A DNA stretch of 64,000 nucleotides from an uncultured Candidatus Saccharibacteria bacterium (GCA_964600695.1 CAZRKK010000001.1:168647-232646); one strand, 5' to 3'; positions 1 to 10,312 are shown, numbered from the stretch's first letter. Notes: generated by a model from the sequence alone, not told the origin. Numbers and translations are program-made.

Positions 1-402
1 ATAATGCGCCAAACCAATATTGGTCAAAACGGAAATATCTGGCTTAGCGATCGACAATAGATAATCCATATCACCAGGCTTATCTACTCCCATTTCTAAA
101 ATTAAAACTTTTGGATAACCACCTATCCATAAAGTAAAATAGCCTTTAATAAAAACCATTAACCACTTAAAAATATTTCGCTCTGGACCTGATACTCCCA
201 AGACAGCAAAAGGCAAACCAAACTCATTGTTAAAATTCTTTTCACCTTTGCGCACAGAAAATGCTGTAGAGACTACAGCATAAATTGCATCGCGCGTGGA
301 GGTCTTACCGACACTACCAGTTATGCCAATTATTTTCGGTTTGTGTTTAGCGAGAATTTGACGTGCTAAGTTTGCCAACATTCGCTGCACAAAATTTTTC
401 AT
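1..402 (-). CDS. Mur ligase family protein (MurF-like), partial at window edge. The P-loop lies only about 27 aa from the start, so the usual N-terminal domain is absent.
   Basis: Reverse-strand translation from ATG at 402-400 gives MKNFVQRMLANLARQILAKHKPKIIGITGSVGKTSTRDAIYAV...NFNNEFGLPFAVLG. This carries a Mur-ligase P-loop GxxGKTST and a MurF-like NxNNxxGxP motif. The ORF runs off the window start. Confidence 0.6.
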   Translation of the reverse strand, partial: MKNFVQRMLANLARQILAKHKPKIIGITGSVGKTSTRDAIYAVVSTAFSVRKGEKNFNNEFGLPFAVLGVSGPERNIFKWLMVFIKGYFTLWIGGYPKVLILEMGVDKPGDMDYLLSIAKPDISVLTNIGLAHY

Positions 403-403
403 G

Positions 404-1759
404 TTATTTCTTCTTAATAACGTCGGTGCCTACATAAGGAACTAAAATTTCTGGAACTTTTACACTACCATCTGCTTGTTGATAATTTTCTAAAATTGGA
501 ATCAAAATCCGAGGACTAGCTACAGCAGTATTGTTTAAAGTATAAGCGTGTTTGATTGTGCCATCTGCGTCGCGATAACGAATATTCAATCGACGAGCCT
601 GCCAGTCGGTTAGATTCGAATCACTATGAGTTTCACCGTAACCTTTACGACCTGCCATCCAAGTTTCAATGTCATACATTTTGTATTTACCCGCGCCCAT
701 GTCACCAGTACAAATATTTAAAACACGGTATGGTAATTTTAAATCTTGAAGAATTTCTTCGGAAATTTCTCGAAGTGCGTCTAACCACTTTTCGGCTTCA
801 TTATCATCTGCTTTACAAATAATAACCTGCTCGACCTTCATAAATTCTTTGACACGGTACAAACCTTTAGCATCCTTACCATAACTTCCTACTTCACTGC
901 GATAACAAGGAGAGATTCCACAAACCTGAATCGGTAATTGATGAGCTTCTAAAATTTTATCTGCATAGTAAGCAATTAAAGATGGTTCGGATGTTCCGGC
1001 TAAATATTGCTTTTCTTTTTCGGCGCCATTTTCTGTTTCTGCCATTCCCGCAGCGTTAGCCACTTGATAAACTTCTGCCTTGCCAGCTGGAAAATGACCA
1101 CTTCCGATTAAAGCTCGCTCACGCACCAAAGTCGGAGTTTGCATAATCGTGAAGCCTTTTGCACGAAGTTTATTAATAGCATAAGCAAATAGTCCGTACT
1201 GAATTAATACGGCTTCATTCTTTAAAAAGTAACCACGAAAACCAGAAACTTCTGTACCCTGTTCAAAGTCTACTAAATCTAAATCTGTTGCTAGCGCGAT
1301 ATGGTCTTTTGGTTCGAAAGCTAACTTGGTTGGCACACCGGCTACTTTATCGGTTTCTTTTGGATCGACATGACCAAGCTCAGGTGACCAGTAGCTCCAT
1401 GGTACATTACCGCTGTCATCTTTCCCGATTGGTGATTCTGGAGAAGGAATATTCGGCACAAACAACATTAACTTGTTGTATTCTTCTTCGATTGATCGAA
1501 GACTTTCTTTTAATTCTGTTTGCCTGCTATCAAGCTCTTTCATTTCTAATAACTTTGCTTGCTTGTCGGCATCAGCTAAAGTTGGGATTTCTTTAGAAAA
1601 TGAATTTTTGGTGGCTTGTAAGTCTTCTACTTCTGCCAAGAGACCACGACGTTTTGTGTCGATATCTAAAAGATTATCTAAATCTAAATCTACACCCTTG
1701 TCGGTGATGGCTTTTCGTACAGCGTCTACATTGTCGCGAATGAATTTTATGTCTAACAT
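404..1759 (-). CDS. serS: seryl-tRNA synthetase
   Basis: The N-terminal coiled-coil MLDIKFIRDNVDAVRKAITDKG and class II core motifs identify SerS. At 451 aa it is slightly longer than typical. Confidence 0.9.
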   Translation of the reverse strand: MLDIKFIRDNVDAVRKAITDKGVDLDLDNLLDIDTKRRGLLAEVEDLQATKNSFSKEIPTLADADKQAKLLEMKELDSRQTELKESLRSIEEEYNKLMLFVPNIPSPESPIGKDDSGNVPWSYWSPELGHVDPKETDKVAGVPTKLAFEPKDHIALATDLDLVDFEQGTEVSGFRGYFLKNEAVLIQYGLFAYAINKLRAKGFTIMQTPTLVRERALIGSGHFPAGKAEVYQVANAAGMAETENGAEKEKQYLAGTSEPSLIAYYADKILEAHQLPIQVCGISPCYRSEVGSYGKDAKGLYRVKEFMKVEQVIICKADDNEAEKWLDALREISEEILQDLKLPYRVLNICTGDMGAGKYKMYDIETWMAGRKGYGETHSDSNLTDWQARRLNIRYRDADGTIKHAYTLNNTAVASPRILIPILENYQQADGSVKVPEILVPYVGTDVIKKK

Positions 1760-1780
1760 GGAAGTAATTTATAATGATGA

Positions 1781-2326
1781 TTAATTTTGCTTAGATAGAA
1801 GATGCTCAGAAAGTTTGGTTACAGCTTTATGCCTATGGCTCATACTATTTTTTTCTTCTGGCAACATCTCGGCATAAGTTTTTTCGTAACCATCTGGTAA
1901 GAAGATTGAGTCCCACCCGAATCTAACTTCACCACGGGAACTAACTATTTTACCTTCTACAGCTCCTTCAAAAAATTCGATGCTGTCATTATCTTTAGAA
2001 TATCCAATTATAGTTTTTGCAGTAGCTTTAGTATTATCAATTTTATTAGCTAAGCCTGTTAAACCATCGTGACCTAAAGATTGAAGAAACCATTTTATAA
2101 GAGGTCCAGGTAAACCATTTAAACCTTCAAAGTAAAGTGAAGTATCTTCGACGATAAACTCACCGTCATGATGCTTCCGCGCTTCGTGCAATTTTGCTTT
2201 GATAATCTCGTGTGCATCGATTTCTTGTAGCTCAGGCAAATCTAACTCAAGCTGTTCCACGTTGGGTATCATGGCTTGAATCTCTGCCAATTTGTTTTTA
2301 TTTCCTGTAATGAAGAAAAGTGCCAT
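1781..2326 (-). CDS. rdgB: non-canonical purine NTP pyrophosphatase (Ham1/RdgB family)
   Basis: The motif ALFFITGNKNKLAEIQAM...FEGAVEGKIV...FGWDSIF is typical of the ITPase family. The start is taken at the internal Met (MALFF) of the 199-aa ORF, which avoids overlap with lysS. Confidence 0.8.
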   Translation of the reverse strand: MALFFITGNKNKLAEIQAMIPNVEQLELDLPELQEIDAHEIIKAKLHEARKHHDGEFIVEDTSLYFEGLNGLPGPLIKWFLQSLGHDGLTGLANKIDNTKATAKTIIGYSKDNDSIEFFEGAVEGKIVSSRGEVRFGWDSIFLPDGYEKTYAEMLPEEKNSMSHRHKAVTKLSEHLLSKQN

Positions 2327-2330
2327 TCTA

Positions 2331-3860
2331 TTATTCCTGTTCTTTAGTTTCGTCTTTAGTTTCTTGCTTAGTCTGATCAACTTCTGCTTTCATCGGTGGG
2401 AAGATAACTGTCTCACGCACAGACTTGTCCGCTAAAACAGCAAAAAGGCGCTCTGAGAGACCAAAACCTGCTGCTGGTGGCATTCCATACTCCATGGCTT
2501 CCATATAGTCTTCATCAAGCATTTGAGCCTCACTGTCACCTGCTTCTCGAAGCTTCATCTGATCTTCAAATCTTTGACGCTGGTCGAGTGGATCATTTAA
2601 TTCACCAAAGCCTTTACCGAGTTCTGTTCCGTAAGCAACGATCTGTAAACGTTGAACAACTTTTGGATTATTTGGATCACGCTTTGCAAGAGGTTCTAAT
2701 TCTATTGGTTGGTTAACCAAAAATACTGGTTTGTCGGTTTTAATATTACCGCGGATCTTTTTAAAGATTAAATCTATTAAACGACCGCGTTGCGCAAAGT
2801 CTTCAAACTTAATATGATGAACATCTTTTGCATAAGTTTTTAATTCATCGTCTGTGCATGATTCTAAATCTAATCCGGTATGTTCTTTAAACAAAGCCAT
2901 GTAATCGACTTTTTCCCAGTCACCACTCCAGTCACAGGTAACTCCGTCAGAAGTAATTTGTAAAGTGCCGAAAGTTTCTTGCAACACATGTTGATACATT
3001 TCTTGTAAAAACTTTTGGAGTTTTTCAAAATCACCATATGCCCAATAAAATTCCATTTGCGTATAGTCTTGTAAGTGAGTTGTGGAGATTCCTTCGTTAC
3101 GGAAGATGCGACCAATTTCGAAAACTTTTTCGTAACCGGCGACAAGCATTTTCTTCAAAGGAAGTTCTAGTGAAATACGAAGATAAAAATCACGGTCAAG
3201 TGCATTGTGGTGTGTAACAAAAGGTTCTGCTTCGGCACCACCAGCAATTGATTCTAAGATTGGCATTTCTAATTCTAAAAAACCACGTTCAACTAAAAAG
3301 GCACGCATACTGCTCCAGAACTTATTTTTCTTGGTAAACAAATCTTTTGTTTCCGGATTAAGAAGAATATCTAAGTAACGTTGGCGAAGTTTAGTTTCGA
3401 TGTCAGCAATTCCAAAATGATCACTTGGAATTGGACGTAAAGATTTTGCCAACATTTTATATTCATAAGCCTGAACAGTTTTTTCGCCAGTCTTAGTAAT
3501 AAACAACTTTCCTGTAGCTTGAATAAAATCACCGAGGTCATAATTGTCTAAAAAGAAACCAAAACGATCATCACCGATGTCATCTGCCTTCAACAAGACC
3601 TGAATACGACCGCCGCCAGCCTGACCTGAGCCGTCATCAATATGAGCAAAAATAAGTTTGCCCATACCACGCATACTACGAATACGACCAACAATAGTTA
3701 CTTGTTGATGCTGACTCTCTAGAGTTTCAAAATTATCTAAAACTTCTTGGTTTGTGTGAGTGCGATCAGTGCTTGATGGATATGGATCTTGCCCAGCATT
3801 TTTTAAATTCTCCAGTTTTTGCTTGCGGTGATTGATGATATCTTCTAGTCTTTCGCTCAT
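2331..3860 (-). CDS. lysS: lysyl-tRNA synthetase, class II
   Basis: It has an OB-fold anticodon-binding N-domain. Class II motifs FEIGRIFRNEGISTTH and GFGLSERL fit LysRS. Confidence 0.9.
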   Translation of the reverse strand: MSERLEDIINHRKQKLENLKNAGQDPYPSSTDRTHTNQEVLDNFETLESQHQQVTIVGRIRSMRGMGKLIFAHIDDGSGQAGGGRIQVLLKADDIGDDRFGFFLDNYDLGDFIQATGKLFITKTGEKTVQAYEYKMLAKSLRPIPSDHFGIADIETKLRQRYLDILLNPETKDLFTKKNKFWSSMRAFLVERGFLELEMPILESIAGGAEAEPFVTHHNALDRDFYLRISLELPLKKMLVAGYEKVFEIGRIFRNEGISTTHLQDYTQMEFYWAYGDFEKLQKFLQEMYQHVLQETFGTLQITSDGVTCDWSGDWEKVDYMALFKEHTGLDLESCTDDELKTYAKDVHHIKFEDFAQRGRLIDLIFKKIRGNIKTDKPVFLVNQPIELEPLAKRDPNNPKVVQRLQIVAYGTELGKGFGELNDPLDQRQRFEDQMKLREAGDSEAQMLDEDYMEAMEYGMPPAAGFGLSERLFAVLADKSVRETVIFPPMKAEVDQTKQETKDETKEQE

Positions 3861-3935
3861 GTTGGTTAATTTATTGAATATTTACGCTTAAATTAGTCCC
3901 TAAATTATAGCAAAACTAAGCCAAATTACATATAT

Positions 3936-3964
3936 TGACATTTTAGTAAAAAAGTGGTATAATC
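3936..3964 (+). promoter_or_regulatory. sigma70-type promoter TTGACA-N17-TATAAT, with TG immediately upstream of the -10 element
   Basis: ttgaca at 3936-3941 is followed by a 17-nt spacer and tataat at 3959-3964. An aaggag RBS at about 3980 precedes the ATG at 3999. Confidence 0.6.
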
Positions 3965-3998
3965 CTTATAAATCTACTTAAGGAGTGGTTAATATATT

Positions 3999-4250
3999 AT
4001 GTGCGAAAAATGCAGCGAACAGCGCAAGGAACGTAGGTTCTGTACGTCATGTGGTCGCCCAAATGCCAATTACGTTGAAGCAGAAGGGGAAGACCTCCTT
4101 CTGGAGAAGTATCATGCAGTTGATGAATGTGGAACAGGTCATCCGGTCTTGAGAGGAGTAAATACCCTTTCACCAAATGATCCAACGAATCCAAAGTTCT
4201 GCCCGCAGTGCGGCGAATCGCTTTCTGCAGCCCAGTCGGCTGCTGGGTAA
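3999..4250 (+). CDS. small zinc-ribbon protein (two CxxC pairs), function unknown
   Basis: The 83-aa product MCEKCSEQ...CTSCGRP...CPQCGESL has CxxC...CxxC...CxxC spacing. It has its own consensus promoter and terminator. Confidence 0.55.
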   Translation: MCEKCSEQRKERRFCTSCGRPNANYVEAEGEDLLLEKYHAVDECGTGHPVLRGVNTLSPNDPTNPKFCPQCGESLSAAQSAAG

Positions 4251-4255
4251 CAATA

Positions 4256-4290
4256 GACCGCTTCTGTAATTTAGAAGCGGTCTTTATTTT
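4256..4290 (+). terminator. rho-independent terminator
   Basis: Hairpin gaccgcttctgtaatttagaagcggtc is followed by tttatttt. Confidence 0.6.
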
Positions 4291-4301
4291 GTTCAAATAT
4301 T

Positions 4302-4763
4302 TTAACTGATAGAAGCAATTTCGTATTCCTTATCCCCTGCTGGAGTAGAAACTGAAACTTTATCGCCAACTTTTTTTCCTAATAGAGCTTTACCAACAGT
4401 AGATTCATTAGAAATTTTTCCAGCACCTGGATTAGCTTCATTACTTCCAACGATCGAATAAGTTCTTTCTGCACCTTCAACTTTTACAACAACTGTAGAA
4501 CCAATACTTACGTTATTTGTTTGAGTAGAATGAGTAATAATTTCTGCATTCTTGATCATGTCTTCAATTTCTTGAATACGACCTTCGATAAAACTCTGTT
4601 CTTCGCGAGCTTGGGCATAGTCTGCATTTTCGGAAAGATCACCATGAGCAGCAGCTTCGCGAATACGTTCGATTACATCTTTACGTTTTTCGGTAATTAG
4701 AATTTTTAATTCATCATTCAATTTTACAAGACCCTCTTGGGTCAATAGATATTTTTTTGACAT
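4302..4763 (-). CDS. greA: transcription elongation factor GreA
   Basis: MSKKYLLTQEGLVKLNDELK...AAAHGDLSENADY is a GreA coiled-coil followed by an FKBP-like domain. Confidence 0.85.
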   Translation of the reverse strand: MSKKYLLTQEGLVKLNDELKILITEKRKDVIERIREAAAHGDLSENADYAQAREEQSFIEGRIQEIEDMIKNAEIITHSTQTNNVSIGSTVVVKVEGAERTYSIVGSNEANPGAGKISNESTVGKALLGKKVGDKVSVSTPAGDKEYEIASIS

Positions 4764-4889
4764 AGAAATTTTAAAACTTCCCTGCAAGGCACAAATTTGT
4801 ACCTACAAGAAAGTATGAATAATAAGCTTAACTTCGCTTAGTTTACATTTTTTATAAAACAATGTCAACCACAGCTATGCACAATAAAT

Positions 4890-5759
4890 TCACTTCCCTC
4901 TTAATTCCGCCACCTTTACAACATTTTCTAGTAATTTAGCAACTGTTAAAGGACCAACACCTCCTGGAACAGGTGTAATATACTTAGCTTTATCTAGGCA
5001 ACTTTCGAAGTCTACATCGCCAGTGATAATTGTCTCGATAGTATTTTCATCCTTACTAACTGCCTCAGATGTTCCAGCGTCAATAATAATTACTCCTTCT
5101 TTAACTTGATTGCCTGTAATAAAATTAGACTTCCCAACTCCAGAGATAATTACATCAGCACTTAACAATAACTCTGCGGAATTTTGAGTCTGACTATGAA
5201 CAACTTCAACATTATAACCTCGCTGTTTTAATAAATATGCGATTGGCTTTCCAACTAATTCACCTCTGCCTAAAACTATAAACTTCTTTTCTAACCAATC
5301 TTCTGGAAGTGAATCGAGAATGTGCAAAATAGCGCCGGCTGTTGGTGGTATAAATTGATTAGGGCTTTGTGCTTTTTCGTTTGTATAAAATTGTTCTGAA
5401 CTTTCTTGATTTAACAAATCTACATCAAGATTGCTTGGTATACAATTTAGCACAGCTTGTTGATCTATATGCTTAGGCAAAGGTACTTGCACAATCAGAC
5501 CACAGATATCATCACGTTTAACCAATGCACGAATAAATTCAACCACATCTTCTGTAGTAGATGTTTGTGGTAAATGATGAGCTTCAAAAGCCATACCATA
5601 TTTTTGTGCGGTACGTTGCTTAATACCCATATATGAAAGTGAAGCTGGGTCATCACCAACCACTACATCCACCAGTAAAGGTCGAAAAGCTAACTTATTA
5701 ATTCTAGCTTGGGTATGTAAATTTAAATCTTGTGCGAGAGCACGTCCATTGATAATCAT
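4890..5759 (-). CDS. folD: bifunctional methylene-THF dehydrogenase/cyclohydrolase
   Basis: Length is 289 aa. MIINGRALAQDL...VVVGDDPASLSY...GLIVQVPLP...ITPVPGGVGPLTVA matches FolD motifs. Confidence 0.85.
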   Translation of the reverse strand: MIINGRALAQDLNLHTQARINKLAFRPLLVDVVVGDDPASLSYMGIKQRTAQKYGMAFEAHHLPQTSTTEDVVEFIRALVKRDDICGLIVQVPLPKHIDQQAVLNCIPSNLDVDLLNQESSEQFYTNEKAQSPNQFIPPTAGAILHILDSLPEDWLEKKFIVLGRGELVGKPIAYLLKQRGYNVEVVHSQTQNSAELLLSADVIISGVGKSNFITGNQVKEGVIIIDAGTSEAVSKDENTIETIITGDVDFESCLDKAKYITPVPGGVGPLTVAKLLENVVKVAELRGK

Positions 5760-5768
5760 AAAATATTC

Positions 5769-7736
5769 TTATTTTCCCATACGGTTTTTTGCCCACCACT
5801 CTAAAGCATTTCTAACAATCGGTACAGCCGCGGCATGACCTTCCCCACCAGCTTCCACTAATACCGTAATAGCAATTTGTGGATCTTCGAATGGAGCATA
5901 GGCAGTATACCATGCGTGGGTCCTGCTTGGATCGGAACCGTCAAACTGTGAAGTCCCTGTTTTACCCGCAGAAGTAATCGGCAAACTAGCTAACTGCCTA
6001 CCACTTCCCTTTGCTGACGTAACATTGTCACGCATTCCATTTTGCACCACCTTTAAATGCTCTGGATTAATTCCAGCATTAATTAAATTTTGAGCTTCTG
6101 GTGTAAAAATAGTTTTACCACTTTGGTCTAATACTTGCTTTAACAGGCGTGGCTTATTCAACATTCCATTATTAGCCACCGCAGCGGTCCACACTGTTAC
6201 TTGTAAAGGAGTTGCTAACATATCTCCCTGCCCAATTGCGATATGATAAGTGTCCCCAAGATACCATTTACCTTGCAAGGGATCATTTTTAAAATAATTT
6301 AATTTCCAAGCTGGATCTGCTACACGACCAGGTTTTTCGCCATTAATATCAATACCAGTTTCTGCACCCATGCCAAATTTGCGGTAATACTCAGCAAGTT
6401 TTTCGGCACCAATACCTTTAATAGTAGACGAAGGATGTCCGCCAGCCACTGTATAAAAATAAATGTCGCTACTCTGAGCAATAGCACTACGCACATCCAT
6501 AGCTCCCAAACCATTACGTTTCCAGCCATAAAAATTATAAGTTACACTTGGGTTAAACTGATTAGGAATCACTAAAACTCCTCGATCATTAATAATAGTG
6601 TTCGCATTCACAATGCCTTCTTGCAACACCGCTGCTGAAATTATAGGTTTAATTGTCGAACCTGGTGGATACGTTCCACTAACAGCACGGTTGTACAAAG
6701 GCAAGTTTTTATCGTCTAACAAAGCTTGATAATCTTCTGTTTTTATACCTGGGGCAAATAAATTATTATTAAAGCCTGGTACGGATACCAAAGCTAAAAC
6801 TTCTCCAGTTTTTGGATTGATTGCTACAGCAGCCCCTTTATTCCCTACTGGGCTGGCGGTAAAATCATCGTAAAGTTTTTTTTGCAGACCAGCGTCAATG
6901 TTAAGCTGAACAATGTTTCCTGGTTGTGGCTGAGCTTCGCCTAATTCTTTGATTGGCAAACCCATGCTATCTACCTCAACTTGTTTATTACCATTAACAC
7001 CGCGCAAATATTTTTCGTAAGACTGTTCGATACCAGACTTGCCAATAAAATCATTAAGTCCATAATTATCAGCTTTCAAAACCTTGTATTGTTCATCAGA
7101 AATTACACCTGTATAACCTAGTAAATGTGAGTAAACTTCTGCAGAAACATAATCTCTAACCGGAATGTTCACCAAAGAAAATCCTGGTAACTTATTAGAC
7201 AGTACTTCAAACTGAATACTTTCTTGCTGAGTTAAGTTTCTTTTGATAATAATAGGTTCCAAAACTCCACCTGTACTAGATTTTAACTTAGCTTCTATTT
7301 CGGCAGGAGTAACACCAAATTTTTGATTAATCAAATCAAATGTTTCGCCACGACCTTCTTTGGGCAAATCTACCGGAGTGACAGCCAAATTAAAACTAGC
7401 GGTATTCTTGGCAATGATTTCGCCATTACGATCTTCAATAAACCCTCTTGGGGCTAAAATTGTTTGCAATCGCAATCTATTACCTTCTGCTAAAGCCCGA
7501 TACCGACTACCTTGCATTACCTGTAAATTAAATAGTTGCCCTACTAAAATAATACTAATGCCTAGCAATAGCCATTTTGGCCAACTGATCTTTCTCTCGT
7601 CTCGACTGTCTTCATCAAAAGCTTGTACGTCTGTAGAGTGATTAGCAACTCCTTCTTCCCACTCTAAACCAGACCCAGATCTAATACGACCTGATTGACT
7701 AAAACTATTAAATGGATTAAATCGAGATTTTCTCAT
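5769..7736 (-). CDS. mrdA: penicillin-binding protein 2 (elongasome transpeptidase)
   Basis: It has an N-terminal TM helix, a dimerization domain and a transpeptidase domain with the STIKP (SxxK) motif. It sits downstream of mreBCD. Confidence 0.85.
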   Translation of the reverse strand: MRKSRFNPFNSFSQSGRIRSGSGLEWEEGVANHSTDVQAFDEDSRDERKISWPKWLLLGISIILVGQLFNLQVMQGSRYRALAEGNRLRLQTILAPRGFIEDRNGEIIAKNTASFNLAVTPVDLPKEGRGETFDLINQKFGVTPAEIEAKLKSSTGGVLEPIIIKRNLTQQESIQFEVLSNKLPGFSLVNIPVRDYVSAEVYSHLLGYTGVISDEQYKVLKADNYGLNDFIGKSGIEQSYEKYLRGVNGNKQVEVDSMGLPIKELGEAQPQPGNIVQLNIDAGLQKKLYDDFTASPVGNKGAAVAINPKTGEVLALVSVPGFNNNLFAPGIKTEDYQALLDDKNLPLYNRAVSGTYPPGSTIKPIISAAVLQEGIVNANTIINDRGVLVIPNQFNPSVTYNFYGWKRNGLGAMDVRSAIAQSSDIYFYTVAGGHPSSTIKGIGAEKLAEYYRKFGMGAETGIDINGEKPGRVADPAWKLNYFKNDPLQGKWYLGDTYHIAIGQGDMLATPLQVTVWTAAVANNGMLNKPRLLKQVLDQSGKTIFTPEAQNLINAGINPEHLKVVQNGMRDNVTSAKGSGRQLASLPITSAGKTGTSQFDGSDPSRTHAWYTAYAPFEDPQIAITVLVEAGGEGHAAAVPIVRNALEWWAKNRMGK

Positions 7737-7741
7737 TAAGC

Positions 7742-8287
7742 TTATAATTTATAAATTGAACGAGCACCTGCAGCACCACTAGAACGTTGGGTAATTTTTG
7801 CTAACCATTCAGTAATTATTAAAATCGGATAGGTAAATAAAGTGTTCATTAACAACGCTGGTAATAAACTGCGCAACATCATTTTGCCACTTACATAAAT
7901 TTGCGTCCAACCAAACACATGAAGACCATTAGTATACAACCATAAAAACAGATGAACTATCACTGTTCCAACAATCATTGCACCAAAAAAATATTGCCAA
8001 GGCTTTTCTGAGTACAACCAGCGATTAATTAATAAGTAAGATAAACTCCCGATTAATATTAAACTTAAGATCATACTACCAACAGGAAACCCAGATAAAG
8101 TTTCCAACCAGAATCCTCCTAGTACAGCAAAAATCAAAAAATCGTAGTTATTAAATGACCACACAACTGACAACACAAACAACAATAATAAATCCGGCGT
8201 AAACAATCCCAAATGAAAAACATTGAACAAACTTTGGTCAATGATGGCTATTAATAAAATTATTACTACATATAAAAGCCACTTCAT
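7742..8287 (-). CDS. mreD: rod shape-determining protein MreD (polytopic membrane protein)
   Basis: This 181-aa protein is all-hydrophobic with multiple TM helices. It is called by its position between mreC and mrdA. Confidence 0.55.
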   Translation of the reverse strand: MKWLLYVVIILLIAIIDQSLFNVFHLGLFTPDLLLLFVLSVVWSFNNYDFLIFAVLGGFWLETLSGFPVGSMILSLILIGSLSYLLINRWLYSEKPWQYFFGAMIVGTVIVHLFLWLYTNGLHVFGWTQIYVSGKMMLRSLLPALLMNTLFTYPILIITEWLAKITQRSSGAAGARSIYKL

Positions 8288-8297
8288 AAATATAAGT

Positions 8298-9095
8298 TTA
8301 CTTAACTACAAAGACATAATCTAACTGATGAGCCTTAATAGGAGAAATTAGAGTAAGTTTTTTAAACAAATCATTCGGACCCGAAAGTTGCTGACCAATT
8401 TGACCAATGAGTATATTTTTCGGAATCTGGGGGTCAATTCCAGCAGTGACAACTAAATCTCCAGGGGCTACATCAGCACTTTGAGAAACTAAATCAAAAA
8501 CCAAACCAGAACCATACGAACCCTTTAACACACCCTCTACATTGTTTTTAGAGACTTTAGCGTCTACCGATGTTTGGCTATTGGTTATTAACACAGCAGT
8601 TGAGGTATAGGTTCCGACATATACAACTTTGGCGACTAAATAACCACCGCTAATCACAGGTTGACCTGCAACAACACCATCACCAACGCCACAATCCAAA
8701 ATCAAGGCATCACTAGAATTCTGAGCATCTCGCGATAGAATAGTGCATGGCTGAAGTTCTTCCGCAGATTTAGACTTAAACCCTACCTCATCTTTTAATA
8801 GCTGATTTTCTAGCTTTAACTGCTCTAAAGCTATTTGTTTTTGTCTAAGATCTGAAAGCTCTGTTTTTAAATTATTATTTTCGGCAACCACACTACGTAA
8901 TGAACTTAGTGTACTGATCACTGTTGTGACAGGTCGGAAAATTGTAGATACAACATTTGCTACAGGCTTCGGGGCTTGTGTAAACAGGTATTGAATTCCA
9001 CCAAGCCAGCCATTAACTTGCAAAAACAAAGCAATTACCACTGCTACCAAAACGCCCGCAAATATTAGAAATGTTTTTGTATATATAAATCTCAT
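8298..9095 (-). CDS. mreC: rod shape-determining protein MreC
   Basis: It has an N-terminal TM helix and a coiled coil (LKTELSDLRQKQIALEQLKLENQLL) followed by beta-rich repeats. Its position is immediately after mreB. Confidence 0.75.
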   Translation of the reverse strand: MRFIYTKTFLIFAGVLVAVVIALFLQVNGWLGGIQYLFTQAPKPVANVVSTIFRPVTTVISTLSSLRSVVAENNNLKTELSDLRQKQIALEQLKLENQLLKDEVGFKSKSAEELQPCTILSRDAQNSSDALILDCGVGDGVVAGQPVISGGYLVAKVVYVGTYTSTAVLITNSQTSVDAKVSKNNVEGVLKGSYGSGLVFDLVSQSADVAPGDLVVTAGIDPQIPKNILIGQIGQQLSGPNDLFKKLTLISPIKAHQLDYVFVVK

Positions 9096-9142
9096 TTTTA
9101 TTTCAAATTATTTACTGACAATAGATAGTCATTACTCCAAAC

Positions 9143-10195
9143 TTATCGCGGGATGCGGGAAAAATCTGTTGGCAAGAGAACGTCGCGCAAAGTTTCTAGT
9201 TCTTCCACTACAATACCACAACCACGTGCCACACAAGTAAGAGGGTCATCAGCAATTGCAACTGGCATTTTAGTTTCATCTCTTAACAATTGGTCAAGTC
9301 CACGAAGTAACGCGCCACCACCGGCTAACATGATTCCGCGATGCATTATGTCAGAAATTATTTCTGGTGGAATTTCTTCGATTACAGCTTTAACATTATT
9401 AACAATAGATTTTATAGAAGGAGTCAAAGCTTCGCGAATGTGAGTGTCGCTGATCATAATTTCTTTTGGTAAGCCAGAAACTAAATCGCGACCACGCATC
9501 TGACTGGTAAGCTGCTCGGCTAATGGATAACAAGAGCCAATTTTAATTTTTAGTTCTTCTGCAGTACGAGAACCAATTAACATTCCAAAATTATCACGAG
9601 CATATTGAACAATATGTTCATTCATTACATCACCTGCTACACGAAGTGAGCGTGCAATTACAACACCTCCTAAACTTAGAACTGCGATTTCTGTTGTGCC
9701 ACCACCGATGTCGATTATCATAGAACCAGTCGCATCCTGAACTGGCAAGCGAGCACCAATACTTGCAGCCATAGGTTCTTCTATTAAAAAGGCTTCACGA
9801 GCACCGGCATTAATTGCGGCGTCCTGAACTGCACGTTTTTCTACTTCGGTAACACCACTTGGAATTCCAATCACAACACGAGGGCGACGTAAAAACGAAT
9901 AGGTTTGATTATGAACTTTATCAATAAAGTAACGGAGCATGGCCTCGGTAATTTCGAAGTCAGAAACTACCCCATCTACTAATGGTCGGGTAGCAATAAT
10001 ATGAGTCGGGGTGCGACCCACCATGCGTTGGGCTTCGGTACCAATGGCTAAAATCTGCTTAGTTCTCTGATTAATTGCCACCACAGATGGTTCATTGATA
10101 ACAATACCCTTGCCTTTAACGTAGACGAGGGTATTTGCCGTGCCGAGATCTATGCCTAGATCTTGGGAAAATCTTTTAAATAAGGCGTCAAACAT
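9143..10195 (-). CDS. mreB: rod shape-determining protein MreB (actin-like)
   Basis: DLGIDLGTANTLVYVKGKGIVINEPSVVAI and the DIGGGTTEIAVLS phosphate motifs are present. Confidence 0.9.
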   Translation of the reverse strand: MFDALFKRFSQDLGIDLGTANTLVYVKGKGIVINEPSVVAINQRTKQILAIGTEAQRMVGRTPTHIIATRPLVDGVVSDFEITEAMLRYFIDKVHNQTYSFLRRPRVVIGIPSGVTEVEKRAVQDAAINAGAREAFLIEEPMAASIGARLPVQDATGSMIIDIGGGTTEIAVLSLGGVVIARSLRVAGDVMNEHIVQYARDNFGMLIGSRTAEELKIKIGSCYPLAEQLTSQMRGRDLVSGLPKEIMISDTHIREALTPSIKSIVNNVKAVIEEIPPEIISDIMHRGIMLAGGGALLRGLDQLLRDETKMPVAIADDPLTCVARGCGIVVEELETLRDVLLPTDFSRIPR

Positions 10196-10282
10196 GAGTA
10201 AAATTTCTTTCTATAATAACAGCGTCTCTATGTATATTACCGAGATTTTATGGTTATGTAAACTAATTCTTAGATACACAAA

Positions 10283-10312
10283 AACCGCTCAGTTGAGCGG
10301 TTTTGTTTTGGG
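10283..10312. terminator. bidirectional rho-independent terminator
   Basis: Hairpin ccgctcagttgagcgg is flanked by A-runs and T-runs on both sides. It lies between mreB and the tRNA-like gene. Confidence 0.5.

Noticed and set aside
556-1784. Three plus-strand ORFs (556..822, 1288..1596, 1473..1784) antisense to serS
   Set aside because: They lie entirely inside the strongly supported serS CDS on the opposite strand and have no motifs. They are typical antisense artifacts of a low-GC genome.
3997-4296. 99-aa minus-strand ORF overlapping the zinc-ribbon gene
   Set aside because: The plus-strand ORF has a consensus promoter, an RBS, a terminator and CxxC motifs. The antisense ORF has none of these.
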